The position numbers were made by a program, and so were the translations under genes. A DNA stretch of 64,000 nucleotides from Nageia nagi. Lineage: Eukaryota > Plantae > Pinophyta. The notes beneath the pieces are model-generated. The model was not told the origin of the DNA. It did not search any database and saw only the letters and a list, made by a program, of their open reading frames with translations. Location of the stretch: the NCBI GenBank assembly GCA_050084985.1, contig JBITNC010000001.1, forward strand, positions 88,164,001 to 88,228,000, in the 5' to 3' direction. This document shows, one piece after another, positions 25,088 through 39,041 of this stretch; the first letter of the stretch is position 1, and every line of letters starts with the position of its first letter.

Positions 25088-27345
25088 GGCAATTTATTAT
25101 TGAATAAAAGAGGGAGGAGGGAATTTTTTTTATGAATCTATATTTTTCCTTAATTTTTTTTTATAACAAAAACCTAACAAAATAAAAAACATAACTGGGG
25201 TAGGGGCCAACTAGCTGTAGCCCCTATCGCACTGGTGGTCCTACCACCTCATAGCCTACCACCTGGTGGCCCTTGCCACCTCACAGCCTACTACTCGGGT
25301 GACCACTACTGCTTGGGTAACCACTACCACCTAGTGACCTCCACCCCCCACCTTACCCCTTACCACCTTGGTGACCATTACCACCTGGTAGCCCTCATCT
25401 GCCACTACCTCACTAGCTACCAACTTTGCAGTCTCCACCATCTACTACCCATGCCTCTCCTCTTCTCCCTTGCATTCTAGCTCATCCTCGCACCTTTCCT
25501 ATGCTCATGGTAGTCCTCCATGAGTGGCTTTTTTGGTAAGCCCTATTTCCTTCTCTATTTTCTTTCTTCTTCATCTACTAATTTGCTTATTTTTTTGGTA
25601 GATGCATTAATTTTTGTGCAATAATTTTTTACAATCTTACAAGTAAGTTTACCTTTTCCATCATGACTTGTTATGCATGGAGTAAAAATGCATAGAAGCA
25701 TTAAATTTGGTGGGTGTATTCAAGTGGAGTGTGGAATTAGTCTATCATTTTAAATGCATGAAGTGGAGTGTATATTTCTCCCTTTATTTATTTTTATGGT
25801 TAAGTAATGATGGCTTCTTTAATTTATTGACTTGAAGTACTTTTTTTTTAATTATAACCTTTTATGAAGGTAAAATAATTTTTTTTGGAAGATAAGTTTC
25901 TTAGCATACAAATATTTTTAAGGGTTATTTCTTTAAAGTAAAAGGAGGGGGAAATTTTTTGTGATATTCCTTTACATTAAAATTTTTAGGGACTTAAATT
26001 TTTTAAGTTAATGAGATATGCTTATAACTTAATTTTTTAAGCTAATAATGCATATTTAGAACTTAAATTTTAAGTTGAAGTAATGCATGATTATTACTTA
26101 AGTTATGATTCCTTTTACTTTCTTATGCAAGTTATGGGAATAATGCATGGTATATTTTGATATATCTTCAAGTTTTTGGAAATAATGCATATTTATGCTT
26201 TTTATGAATAGACTAGTTCTTATGAGAAATAATGCATGCTTAGTACTTAATTTTTTAAGATTAATGATGCATACTACTATTTTATAATGCATGCTTACTT
26301 AAGTTTTTTTAAGTTATGGATTAATGCATGCTTCCTACTTAATCCTTAAGTTAAATAGTACATGATTCTTAATTTATTGGAATGATGCATGCTTACTTAA
26401 AGTTTTAAAGCTATGTGAATAATCCATATTTTTTTACTTAATGGTTAAGGCTTAATATTTTATAATGCATGCTCAAGGACTTAATATTTTTTAAGATGCA
26501 TGCTTATGAATTAAGAATGCATGTTGAGTATTATCATTATGCAAAGTATGGAATGGACTTGTGCAAAATAAGTGATGATGATTTCACAATTAGGTTTTAA
26601 ATTTTTGTATAGATGATGTTTTAACTTATGCTCTTTTACTTCATGTTTCACACTTTGATTTATTTGCTTATGTAAATAAAAATGAAAACATTTATATGAG
26701 CAACCCCCTAAAATGAACACATCCATCAAATCCAACATGACTTGTTTAGGGAGCAATCAGGTGAGGATAGGCAGATTGGAGCCTTTAAGTTCGATGATCC
26801 AAATGGTGAAAAGTCCATACTTCTCAATTACCCCTAAGTCCTTTGTTGATCTAGATTTAACTCTAATAGGTGAATAGGTATGTGTGTAGTGATACCACAT
26901 ATCTACACATCCATTCAAGGATTATCCTGATAACCTAAGAGGATAACTTGAAACCTAATAATTAATAATTTGGCTAATCCAATAAATGTTAGAACCTTAA
27001 AAAATACTAGTACTTCTCCTTATGAGAGTATATTGCTAAATAAGGGGAACTAGTTGAGGATTGATAGTACGTGGGCTCCTCTTATGTGGGCATCCAAGTG
27101 AAGGCCTAATTTTAGACAAGAAAATAAGCCTCAATAATGTCACTCTACATCTACGATTCTTGAGATGAGAAATGTATTTGGGTACATGGGTTATTATTTG
27201 AATTGTAAAATATTTGCACTTGTGAATCAAATCAAGCATATATTTAGTGTTAAATGTAATATGTATTATTTATTTGGTTAAAATTTAACATTTAATGTTG
27301 TTTATTGAAACCACATGCTTATTATTTCACATTCTTATATAGTAA

Positions 27346-30300
27346 ATGGAAGAATCCTTTTTACCCAAACACATTCTTGATGGTTCCAACTACAGGATTT
27401 GGGAACCTCAGATGAGAGCTGAATTGCAGGCAAGGAAGCTTTGGTAAATAGTGAATGAGAACCTTGTACCTCCTATAGATAAGAAGGCTTTAGAGGCTTA
27501 CAACATAAAGAATGAGTTGGCAACCTCCATAATTTATCATACAATTTAGATGATGTGCTACTGATGATTTCCTCTTCAACCTCAACAAAAAAAGCATGAG
27601 ATAAGCTTAAGCAAATCTATCTTAGTTCAAACTTTTCAAGAATATTTACCTTTCTTCAAAATTTACTTCAATCTTATCAAAGGTAAGATGAAAATGTGGC
27701 TATCTACTTGAATAAAATCATTGACCTAAAGATCCAACTTGTTACTTGTGGGTGTAATTGAATCAATGATGAGTTCATGGTCTTCATCATTCTTTAAAGC
27801 TTCTTTTCAAAGTTTGAAAATTTTATAATGGTTATGAAAATAAGTCTTGGTGATAAAAAAGAAGTCTTCTCCCTTGAGAACCTTTTAAGGCACCTATTGA
27901 AGCATAAAAAAACCTTTAACAATAAAGAGTTAATTTCTTCTTCTAAAGATAATAACGTTGCTCTTGGAGCAACCACAACTCCTTTCAAAAAGAAGTTCAA
28001 CCTTCAAAATAAATCTTATCCTTCTTACTCTAAAAGGTTTGAAAAAAGAGGTAATGGGTAATAGCAATAAGAACAATAGAAACAACAACCACAACAACAA
28101 GAATAATGGTAACAACAATCATTTCAAGTAAAGAGATGGAAAAGGAAAAGTAAACACTTCTTATCTTAAAGAAAAGTTTGATAAAAATTGTAACTATTAT
28201 GGCATTCAAGGTCACAAAAAAATTTATTGCTACAAAAAAAGAGAGGAAAAGGATAAAGGTAATGAAAATATAAAAAAAATACAAAGAAAAGAAAAATATA
28301 CATGCTAGTTTTGCTATGACACTCTACTTCTTGTCTTGCTCTTTTTCATCTGAATGGATTGTTGACTCTAGTTGCACTAATCACCTATCCTTTGAAAAAG
28401 AAAAATTTTGAGAACATTCACAAGTATAAAAAAGATGCAGTTGTGATAGGTGATAACTCTACCCTTGAAGTCTAAGGAATTGGAAATGTGTTGATTGACA
28501 AAAAAGTTCTTGAAAATATTCTCTATATTCCTAAGTTAAGGATGAACCTTCTTTATATGATCTAAGTTGGTAGAAAAGGGTATTCTTTTGATTTTGACTC
28601 TCAATCCTAGTGCATTAAGAAAGGACTTACCACTTTGGTTAAAGGATCTATGAAAGATAACCTCTACATTATAGATCAAGTTCTATCAAAGATGTGTCTT
28701 GCTTCTAGCATGTGTTCTAAAGGCAATCTTTGGCACCATCATTTAAGGCACCTTAACCATAAGAGTATTCAAGTCATGAAAGACCAAGAATTTATGGAAG
28801 GTTTGCTTTCAATTTCTCCTTCAATTGGTCTATGCGAGAAGTGCATTCTTGGAAAGATGCATATATAAAAGTTTGAAAAAGATAATACAATAAGAGCATC
28901 TCAACCTCTTCAACTTGTGCATTCAAATTTGATGGGTCTACTTTAGACTAAGTTGCTTGAAGGAGCATCTTACATATTAACCTTCATTGATGACTTTAGT
29001 AGAATGACCTTTGGGTATCTACTTGAGCATAAAGATCAAACTTTTGAGAGTTTAAAAGTTTTTAAGGCTTTTGTTGAGAATTAAACTAACTTTAAAATCA
29101 AGATGTTGAGAATAGATAATGGAGAAAAATATAACAATAATGAGTTCAATGACTATTATGCTAAGTATGGAATTAAAAGGTATTTTACAATTCCTTACAC
29201 TCCTTAGTAGAATGTTGTTGCCAAAAAGAAAAATAGAATAATTATGGAGATGGCTATATGCATGTTGGGTAATCTTTCTAAATTCTTATGGGGTGAAGCT
29301 ATGAGCATTTGCTATTTTCACTTTGAATATGTGTCCTACAAAATTCATTCTAATTAAAATCTTTTTGCAGTATGTTCAAGAAGAAAACCTAACATTTCTC
29401 ACCTTAGGGTGTTTGGTTGTGAAGCAGTTGCCTACATTATTTCTAAGAAAAAGAAGAAGTTGGACAAAAAAGCTAAAAAATGCATCTTTGTGGGTTATGA
29501 TAGTTATCATAGAGGCTACAAGCTCTATTCTCCAACTTATAAAGTAGTATTCATTTCAAGGGATGTAAATTTCAATGAACTTATTAAATAATCTGCTTCT
29601 AATGAGAATGTTGATGATCTAAAGGACTCTTTAGTTGCTCCTAGCTGGTTGGATATTGATGTAGACAAGTCACCTTAGGAACAAAATTCTCCAACACAAA
29701 GGGTAACAAGGAGCATGACCTTGAACAAATATTTAATTACTAATATTGAAAACAAATATGAGCTCTCAACCTTCAAAGAAGCTTCTAAGCATGATTGCTA
29801 GATGGAAGCCATGAAAGTGGAGTATGAGGTGCTTATGAAAATAAAATTTGAGACTTGGTTCCTTATCCCAATGAAAAGAATGTGATTAGCAATAAGTGGA
29901 TCTACAAGGTCAAATTTAGTTTAGTTGGAGATATTGAGAAATACAAGGTAAGGTTAGTAGCTAAAGTTTTGTTCAAAAATATAGTATAGATTATGAGGAA
30001 ACCTTTGCTCCCATAAAAAAGATGCCTATTTTGAGAGTTATCCTTGCTCTTTTTGTAGCTCATAAATGGAAAATTTTTCAATTTGATGTCAAAGATGCAT
30101 TTCTCAATGGTGAATTGGATGTGAAAATCTTCATGAATCAACTAGAAAGGTTTATTATGGAAGGTAAAGAGTCCTTTATGTGCAAGCTAAACAAATCATT
30201 ATATGGACTTAAGCAAGCACCTAAAGCTTGGCATAGAAGGATTTCAAAGTACTTTGCAAACATTGGATTCTCCAAGTGCTTTTTTGACTTCAATTTATAT

Positions 30301-31290
30301 GTTTTTAATCAAATCAAAAATATGATCTTGATTCTCTTTTATGTGGATGATCTTTTGATTACTAGAGATAATGATGAAATCATTCAAGAGTGCATATCCA
30401 AACTTAAGACAACATTTGAAATGACTAATCTTGGTCTCTTGCACTACTATCTTGAAATGAAAGTGTATCAATACAAGGATTGCACTTACCTCATTCAATC
30501 TAAGTATATATTATACATCTTGCAAAAGTTTAGAATAGAGAAGTGTAGAAATGCTACAATCCCATTCTCTTTTAGAATCACTTTTTTTTTTAAGTTCCAA
30601 CTCTTAGTTAGCTGATGCTACAGCTTATAGGTAATTAATTAGTAGTCTTTTGTATTTAACTATATCTAGGATATATATTACCTTTATAGTGAATCTAATG
30701 GCATAATTCATGCAAAAACCTTATGTTGAGCACCTCAATACTATTAAGCAAATCTTGAGGTATGTTGTAGGGACTAAGGATCTTGTTCTCAAGTATTCCA
30801 AGTTACCCTAGTTTATTCTCTTTGGATTCTCAAATTCTAACTATGGGGGAGATAGAGATGATAAGAAGTCAACCTTTGTGTATGTGTTTCGCATTCTTTT
30901 AGGTGCTATCTCTTGGGCTTCCAAGAAGCAACCTACTATTTTTATTTTCAACATAGAAGCCAAATATCATACCATGACTATTCCAACCTAGGAAGCCATT
31001 TGGCTAAGGCATCTTTTGATAGAAATGGGGTATGAGCAAGGTGGCTCATATTTGATCTCTTCAAACAATCAATCAACTATTTCTTTGGCCAAGAATCTAG
31101 TGTTCCATTAAAGAATAAAACATGTGGAAATCCATGCCCATTTTATCAATGATAAGGTTCTTGATGGATCACACACCTGTAGTATCATTCATCCACTTTG
31201 AACTCTACTAATTTGTTCACTAAGTACCTCCTAAAAACTTGGTTATGTAAACTTAGGGATGCTATCAGGTTGGTGAAGTTTCTCTTAAGG
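27346..31290 (+). pseudogene. Copia gag-pol polyprotein remnant (gag, Zn knuckle, PR, INT, RT, RNase H)
   Basis: MEESFLPKHILDGSNYRIW; knuckle ~28188; WIVDSSCTNH ~28355; LWHHHLRHLN..CEKC (ORF 28635); KLDKKAKKCIFVGY (ORF 29409); QFDVKDAFLNG, SLYGLKQAP and YVDDLL (ORF 30022); RNase H ~30830-31230. The order INT-RT-RH is Copia-type. Confidence 0.95.
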
Positions 31291-31429
31291 GGGAGTGAAG
31301 TTTGAATTCTTATGTTGAATTCATGTTTGTGATGACAACTTCACCTTAAAAGAATTTTATGTTGTATAATGTTAATTTTGTTGTAGACCTTTGTGGTAAG
31401 TTTGCTTTGCATGAGGAACTTTTGTACAA

Positions 31430-31640
31430 ATTGGCCAATCTAGCACTATTTAGTTATTCATGCATGAGAAACTTTTATGTGCTTTTAGCACTATTCAGTT
31501 ATCCATATGTGAAGAACTCATATGTGCATGCTCTACTTTTGGTCAATCTAGCACTATTCAATTATCCATATGTGAGGAATTCTTATGTGTCTTTTGGCAC
31601 TGTTCAATTATCCATATGTGAGGGAATCATATGTGCATGC
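31430..31640. repeat. Short tandem repeats GCACTATTCA(G/A)TTATCCATATGTGA
   Basis: Four degenerate units at ~31443, 31489, 31551 and 31597. Confidence 0.8.
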
Positions 31641-33038
31641 TCTATTTTGTAATGATAATCAACACATGTTTTATATATAGTAGGTGATTATAAGTTGTTG
31701 GCATAGCATCTTTGTGATGACTTATAGTGCACCATTGATTAGTTCATGATGTCATTTGTGTGATTCATCTATCCTTGTTAGTATGAATATGATCCATATA
31801 ATTGATCTTATTATTTGAGCTACTTATTACTTACAAGTTCTTTTGATATTGTAGGTTATTTACCTTAGGTATGTAGGCTCTTAGAGACTTTTCATGACTT
31901 CTAGTTAGATGACTACTTCATATACATTGAAATCAATTATGGTTAATGATTATATTTGACAAAGTAGTGAGTCTCAAACTAGATCTTTTTTACTTCACAA
32001 ATCTATAAAAAGTTCTCATATTCATTGTATCTATTATGGAGAAGAACTCTCTTACTTTCTCTTTTATTCTCTCTACTCTCTCTATCCCAATATTGCATTA
32101 AGGGGGAGTGTTGGAATGTATAATGCATTATTGTAAAGGTTTGTATTAAATATTATATATAAGTTTATTAATACTTAAGTGTATCATTTGATACCTAAAG
32201 TATTTAGATGAATATGATAATGTAACTTGTTCTACACTCCATTTCATGAGCATGCCCCTTGGGTAAAAGTATGTGCATGTCATGCTTTTGTACATTGGAT
32301 AAAAGGGTGATCCAAAGAGAGATTTTAGCCTATAAATAGAAGCCTCCCTCTTTGTGATTATACACCAATTGTGGAGTAAAGTTATGTTATAGGATAGATG
32401 TGTAGGATTTGATATTAGAAGGATTGTAAGAGAGTTGTATTTGTATTTGAAGTAAAAATCTAGTTAGTGGATGTACTTCTAGTTGGAGGAACCACTTACA
32501 TCTTATGTTGTGAAATTATTTTGTGAGTTTGTTAGATGTAATTGTGAGCTTTCATATGATCTTAGCTAATTAGCAATTATCTTGTTAGTGTTAGTTCCTT
32601 CAAGGTTGATATTTATGTTTTAATGATCAATTTCCCAATATATCAGGATCCCAATATATCTAAGGCTCAAGATCCTAAAGTTGTTTATAAAATCAGGATC
32701 CTAATGTATTTTATATAAGGATCACACTTCCTCTTCAAGTGGACCCAACTTATTGGTTTCCACCCTTAAGAAATATTTTTCTTAATAAATTTACTATTAT
32801 TATTAACAAAAAGGTCACATATTACTAAATTATGATCTAAACTTAGCATATCAGAATAAGTCAAAGGCAAAACATCATTGAACTAAAAGAAAAGGTATGT
32901 ACTCATATTTTTAATATTAGTAATTATTGTGGTAAGATTAATATCAATTATTTTAATATTAAATAGTATTCAATCTTCTTATAGTTTAGGGGGAGTCAAT
33001 AGTATACAAACATTATCATTGTTAGGACCTTGTTCTTT

Positions 33039-36000
33039 ATTTTTTTTATGGTTAAAAAAATTATATTAATGTTGGAGGTATTTCACAAAGAAGATAAAAA
33101 TGATATTACATTCCTATTGTAGTACAAATGCAATTGGTGAGCATAGGGGAGCCTAAGGGAAGCCTTGACAAGCTACAAAAAAAGTGTTACTTATATGGGA
33201 GCCTATTCCTTTTGCTACCATTACTTTCTTGGGAAACAAAATATTTATCTCGTAGTTGATTGGCAAGTAGATCATGGGTTATGCTCCTAGCAAAAGTATA
33301 ATGGTGGATTACTTTGAGATCAATTAGCTACAAGAAGGTAAAGGGAATATTAACATCAAGAATGTAAAGCATTTACTATTCAAAAGGGCTCCAAAGGGTG
33401 TCCAAGTCAGTGTCTTTGCTTTAGAAAATCCTATTTTTGCATTCTATCTATATTATCCAGATGAGCATAGGTAGGGTGACATTCCATAGGGTCATTGAGG
33501 TTGGGTTCTTATTGGGGAGCTTCCAAGAGGCCAAAAGATCCCCTATAGATCTTGAAAGTGATCGAGCTAAGGAGAAACATGAAAAAAGTCTTCCCCATAT
33601 TTAAAAAGAGTATGAATAGTGAAGTGGATTAGAAGATGTGACCCAAATTCTCTAACTTGTACACACAAATCATAATGGAAGTGGTAATTCCATCCTCTAT
33701 GCATCAGATTTTACCTAGATAGAAATGTTTCATGGATAGCCATCCATAAGAAGAAGCATGTCTTGGGCCAAGCTTTGAAATGGCATATACTCTACCAGAT
33801 CCAAGTAGGAAATTCTAAAGTGTTTATGTGATTAAGATACTAGTAAACAAGCTTGGTCAAATAGGAGGATAAGGATTTATAGGACCAAATGATTTGATCA
33901 TCCCTTTCCTCTTGAAGAATGTTGAAAGTGGATAAGATTGCTTTGAGATCTTTGGCCTCTCATTTGAAGTCTCTATAGAGGAAATCTAAGCTTTTACATT
34001 TCTTGATTTATCAAAAATACTCTACTACCCAATGCTAGTAGTATTCAATATTTTTTCCCCATATTTGTGTTAGTATATATATTATATTAGAGAAATAATT
34101 CATTATATCCCTTGGAGGATCCTAAATTCACTTATCAGACTAGAAATTAACCCTTGAACCAATGTTAGGCTCCCATTGAAAGATAAGGAAAATATGCGAT
34201 ATTATTTTTCTAATGTTGTTCCATATTAGGGAGCCTAAAGAGAGACTCTCTAATTTGAATATAGTTTTTAGGTCCATGGAAGGGAGGTGCTTGGAGGTGA
34301 GGACTTGGCTCCATAATTCTCTTAGTTGATGTATATTTTCTAGAATTGCTTTCTTAGGAGGACTATATTCATCATGTAGAGGTCTTCAACTCCCATACCT
34401 CCATTATATTTGTTAGGGGTGATAGTTTGCCATGCCACTAGGGGCATTTTCTTGATATAATAGGTGTTTTAACATAAGAAATATTGCATTATGGAATTTA
34501 GTTTGGTGAGGAAATTTTGAGGAATCTAGAAGGCACTGAGCTAGAAAATGGGAATTGCTCTAAGGGTTGATTGAACATTCATGAGCTTTCCATTGAAAAT
34601 AGCCAATTTGATTTCTAGGTGGACATTTTTTTCTTAAATTGTGTAATAATGAATTCCCTAAAATTCATAATGTTCCCTCCAATAGCTAATGGTATTCCTA
34701 GATAGAAGATAGGGAGGGAGTTAACCTTCATACCTATCAAGCTTGTAATTATATTCATGAAATATTCATAGAGGTTGATGCCATAAAGTTAAGATTTGGA
34801 TTTGTTGAGGGAGTATCCAAAAGTAGCTTCATAAGAGATGAGGAAGTTGATGCTTCTTTTTATTTATTTGATTCTAGGTTGGGCTTTCAATAAAGTATCA
34901 TTTGTGAAATCAAAGTGGGTGATAAGTTGGAGGTTTTTAGTAGCATATATATTTTTAATTGATCCTTATACCTAGATATGCTTTATCCCATGGCTGAGAA
35001 CCTTAATAACTATGATGAAGATACATGAGTATAAAGGGTTTCTCTATTTAAGTTCTCAAGAGCTAGTGATATAACCTTTGGATTGACCATTCATAATTAT
35101 TGAGAAGTGAGGCTTTTTTATGAGAGATAAATTTGAGGAGATCCAATATTTAACAAACCTTATTTTTTTAGGATGGAGGCTAACAAATCATAGTTCACCC
35201 TATCAAAATAATTGACCATATTAAGTTTTAGAATAATACCTTTTCTTTTTTGTTGATTCAAAGAATGGGGCAACTCATGTACAATCCCTACCCATCAAGG
35301 GTTATCTGCCACTCACAACATTATTTTGTTCCTCAAAGATAATTTTAAGGGGGATATTCTTTATTCAGTTAGCTATAACCTTAGAAATAAGCTTATACAT
35401 TGTATTGGATAGTGAAATAGGCCTAAATGCATCCATCATCCTAGCTTCATTAATCTTGGAGATAAGAACTAGGAAAGTGTAATTTAATTTATAGAGCATC
35501 TAGTTGGAGGAGAAAGATGCACAAACCATATTTTTTTTTTCTTCTTTTAGGAGATACAAAAAATATTATAGAAAACCAAGGGGAACCCATATGGGCTTGG
35601 GTTTCCAAAGGGATTCATTTGGAAGAGTGAAGCTTTTACTTCTTTATAAGAAATTGGATTTGTGAGAGCTATATTTTAAAGAGGGGAGACCATGTTTGGG
35701 ATGCAATGAAATAGCTGGTCTTGAATATTTTCTCTTTTGATATCCTCTTTAGTGAGAAGACATTGAAAGTAAGAGGTGATTTGGTTTTCCAAATCCTTGT
35801 TAGATGTTAAATGTTGTCTATCAAATGATTCGAAGGAGAGAATTCTATTTTGAGCAATGTGAGACATTGTAAATATATGGAGTAGCAAGTGTTCCTATCA
35901 CCTTCTTTGAGCCATTGGATTCTTGATTTTTTTTTCAAAATATTTCTTCATTGAGGTAGGCCTTCTATAATTCTTATGAAATTTGTCTTCCCTAGAGGAG

Positions 36001-38488
36001 AAATTTATCATTGTATGAAGTTTGAAGGTGCCTTTGAATGAATTGTAGTCGTTCCTTTGAGGTTTTCCTTTTGGCTATGACATCACCAAATACTTTCCCA
36101 TTCTAGAATTTTAGTTTACCTTTTGGCCTTTAAAGTTTGGTAGAGAATCTATACATAGTTATCTTGTAGATGTGGTTTTCTACTTCCCACCAAAATTTCA
36201 CTATTTCATTAAGGAAGGATAGGAAAGCCACATCCTCTAGAATTTGAATGGGATGGCTTTTAGTTTTGTTTGTTCCTCCCATTATAATGTGACTTGCTAG
36301 TGATCTAATCCACTTGTAGAAAGAACTTCCAATTACATTGTTATTTTGATGTCAAACCAACTAGGGGAGATAAAATATTTATCTAATTTTTCTTGTATAG
36401 CTTGATCTATAGCTCTTCTATTGATCCAAGTGTAAGGACCATTAAACCTAAAAGGATCCATTAGTTGGTTATATTCAATAAAAAATTTAAAATCTTCCAT
36501 CCAAATTTTTGTTTTTATTTTTCTCCCTTCCTTCTTGCCCATATGATCGATGAAATTAAAATCACCTTCATGAACACAAGGGAGGTTACCTTGAATCAAT
36601 GTCAAATTAGAGATTTATTCCCATACTTTCCTCTTTTGATTGGGGGATTTAGGACCATAAATGTTTACTAGAAGAAAGATCTTGTTTGATAGCTTATAGG
36701 TGGATTTCATAGCCATTACAAATTCATTAGAGAAATCCAAGGTGTAGGTAACCTAATTATTATCCCAAAGGATGAAAATACCACCTAAATACCCTAAGAA
36801 GTAATAGGGTAAGAATGAGTTGTTCTTCTAGAGATTCATTTTGACTCTAGCTAAGTCATTATGTGTCACTTTATTTTCTTGAAGAAATACAATAGAAGTT
36901 TTATTTTTTTTATGAGTTATTTGGCCATTCCTAGAGTTAGGGGGAATGGATGCCCCTTATATTCCAATTGATGATCTTGACTAGAAAATTGCTTTCATTA
37001 CATACAAAAGATCTTCAAGTAGCATTTGTGAGCCATATTCAATGCCTTCTAGAGTGGTGATCTAGAGTTTTTCTTGAGTTGTCTTCCTCCCTAACTTCCT
37101 TTTTAAACCCTAGTTGTGAGTGAGTTTAAAGAATTTAGGTTCCAGTTTTGTTCTTATTAGCATTTTTGTGGTGGGATTTAGATTTTTCTTTGGGTTGAGA
37201 TGAAATGGAGGCTTTGTGAGAATTAGGAGGATAACATTCTCTTCCATTTCCATGTCCATATCATTAATAGAGGTCAAAGTGTCATCATTTTTTAGGGTAG
37301 ATTTTTTTGTTCACAAGGTAGAGATCTATAACTTAAGCATGATACTTAGAAAGGGGTTTGCATGGTTGCATTCATAAGGGATAGCCAAGGAAGAGGGATC
37401 TTGGGGGAGATGGGGGACAATATCTTCAAACTCTAATAAATTTATAAGTGGTTAGAATCTATTCATAGGCTTCATCTTATTAGGTGTACTATTGTTAAAT
37501 TTAGAGTCCCATTATTGTCCTATAGGGGGATTTCTTATTGGGTGTGGGATGGTTTTGAAGAGTTATCAGGTGGAGTTGGTTATTGTACCTAAGGGGCCTA
37601 ACCTTTACCCTTATTTTGTATAGAATCCATTGGATGAGTACAGGTGCAATCACAGATCATGTGACTATACTCATGGTATTCAAAGCAATAGAAAGGGAGA
37701 TTTTCATAGTCCAAAAATATTGTGTTTTCTAGATCTTCCACTTAGATTTAAAGGTTAGTTGATATTGGGGATCTAAGGTCCATCTAGATGCATAGGTAGG
37801 AATAAGAGTACATGGTAGGCTCCAATAATTTTTTAGGGACACCAATGAATCTTTCAAGAACATTTTTGATGAATTCCATGGTATTTTCATTCCAATATTC
37901 AAGGGATAGGGAGTGCATATGTACCTAGAATAGAATTGAAGATGGTATTTCTATAGTTAGAATGAATCCATGATGCCAAGGTTTTATGTAAAGGCTAGCA
38001 CTTCCATAAAACTATGTACCTTCTTGAAACATCTAGTCTTTATCCTCTTTGTAGGTGAACTCCACCATAAAATATCATTGAGAGAATAATTTAATAGAGT
38101 ATTTACCTCTTGTTTTGCAGGATTGAGAGGCTTAAATATCAATGTTCTTAAGGAGGATTTGTGGACCTATGAATTGATATAATAGGGAAAAGGATTTGAT
38201 TTAGGTAATATTTCCCTTAATTATTTCCTTTTTGAACTTAACTATGGGAATATATGAGGTCACTTTAAGACAATAGGATTCTAATGGATGATCTAGGATC
38301 TTCCTTTAGTGACTAGGACCTCTCTTAATTCCTTGGTAGTAGCAAAAATGGATCCTTGATTCTATGTTTCCACTTTAAAGAGGGGTGAGAAGGGGAGGAG
38401 GGGCTCCCCTTAGTTTAATCTCCATGGTGGATACTATCAATTTGGGGTGAGGGTTTCAATTTTAAAGCATTCTTGCTAGTTTTTCTAT
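33039..38488 (-). mobile_element. Full-length decayed L1-clade LINE
   Basis: ORF1 remnant with a DYENLPFYC..H..DC knuckle (~37640-37715); ORF2 start KIINWNIRG (~36950-36980); endonuclease GDFN (ORF 36333-36605); [21 protein letters not shown] (~35370-35425); C-terminal region ~33600-33800; A-rich tail at ~33039-33048. TSD TTAGGACCTTGTTCTTT (33022-33038) / TTAGAATCTTGTTCTTT (38489-38505). Confidence 0.92.
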
Positions 38489-38687
38489 TTAGAATCTTGT
38501 TCTTTGTTACTTATTTTTTATTTTATTAATTTTTTACAAAATAGGCATTAATATTCATGACTGATTAAACCATTTCTTATAATCACATAATAGAAGAACA
38601 TTTCTACTTTCACAAGATATGTAATCAATAACATACTTAAAACTAGTTATATATAGTTGAACTAAATATAATTCATATCTATGATTA

Positions 38688-38796
<109 letters not shown>

Positions 38797-39041
38797 CTTT
38801 TAAGTACCATTGCATTATTAATAATATATAGACTTCTATAAGAGCTCATATTAAAGAAATACTATGGATTGGGGGCCAAAATTATTTTTGTAGAGACAAA
38901 GTAAAGAAGAAGAGTCCCTAATAAGGGGAAACCATTTCATTATTGCGATAAGAGCCCCATATAGTTGTTTTAAAGAGCATATAGGTTGAATACAAACATC
39001 TCATGGAGGAGGTATGATCTTGGTATCTTGATTCTAAAGAG

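Larger units (their letters stand above)
24282..32602 (+). mobile_element. Full-length decayed Ty1/Copia LTR retrotransposon
   Basis: LTRs 24282-24774 and 32109-32602 (493/494 bp, TGTTGG...TTC(G/A)); degenerate PBS TGATATTAGAGC after the 5' LTR; PPT TAAGGGGGAG; TSD AGGTG/AGGTT. Confidence 0.95.

Noticed and set aside
27930-28284. Hydrophobic membrane-like ORFs on the minus strand
   Set aside because: Antisense reading of the A-rich, Asn/Lys-rich Copia gag segment.
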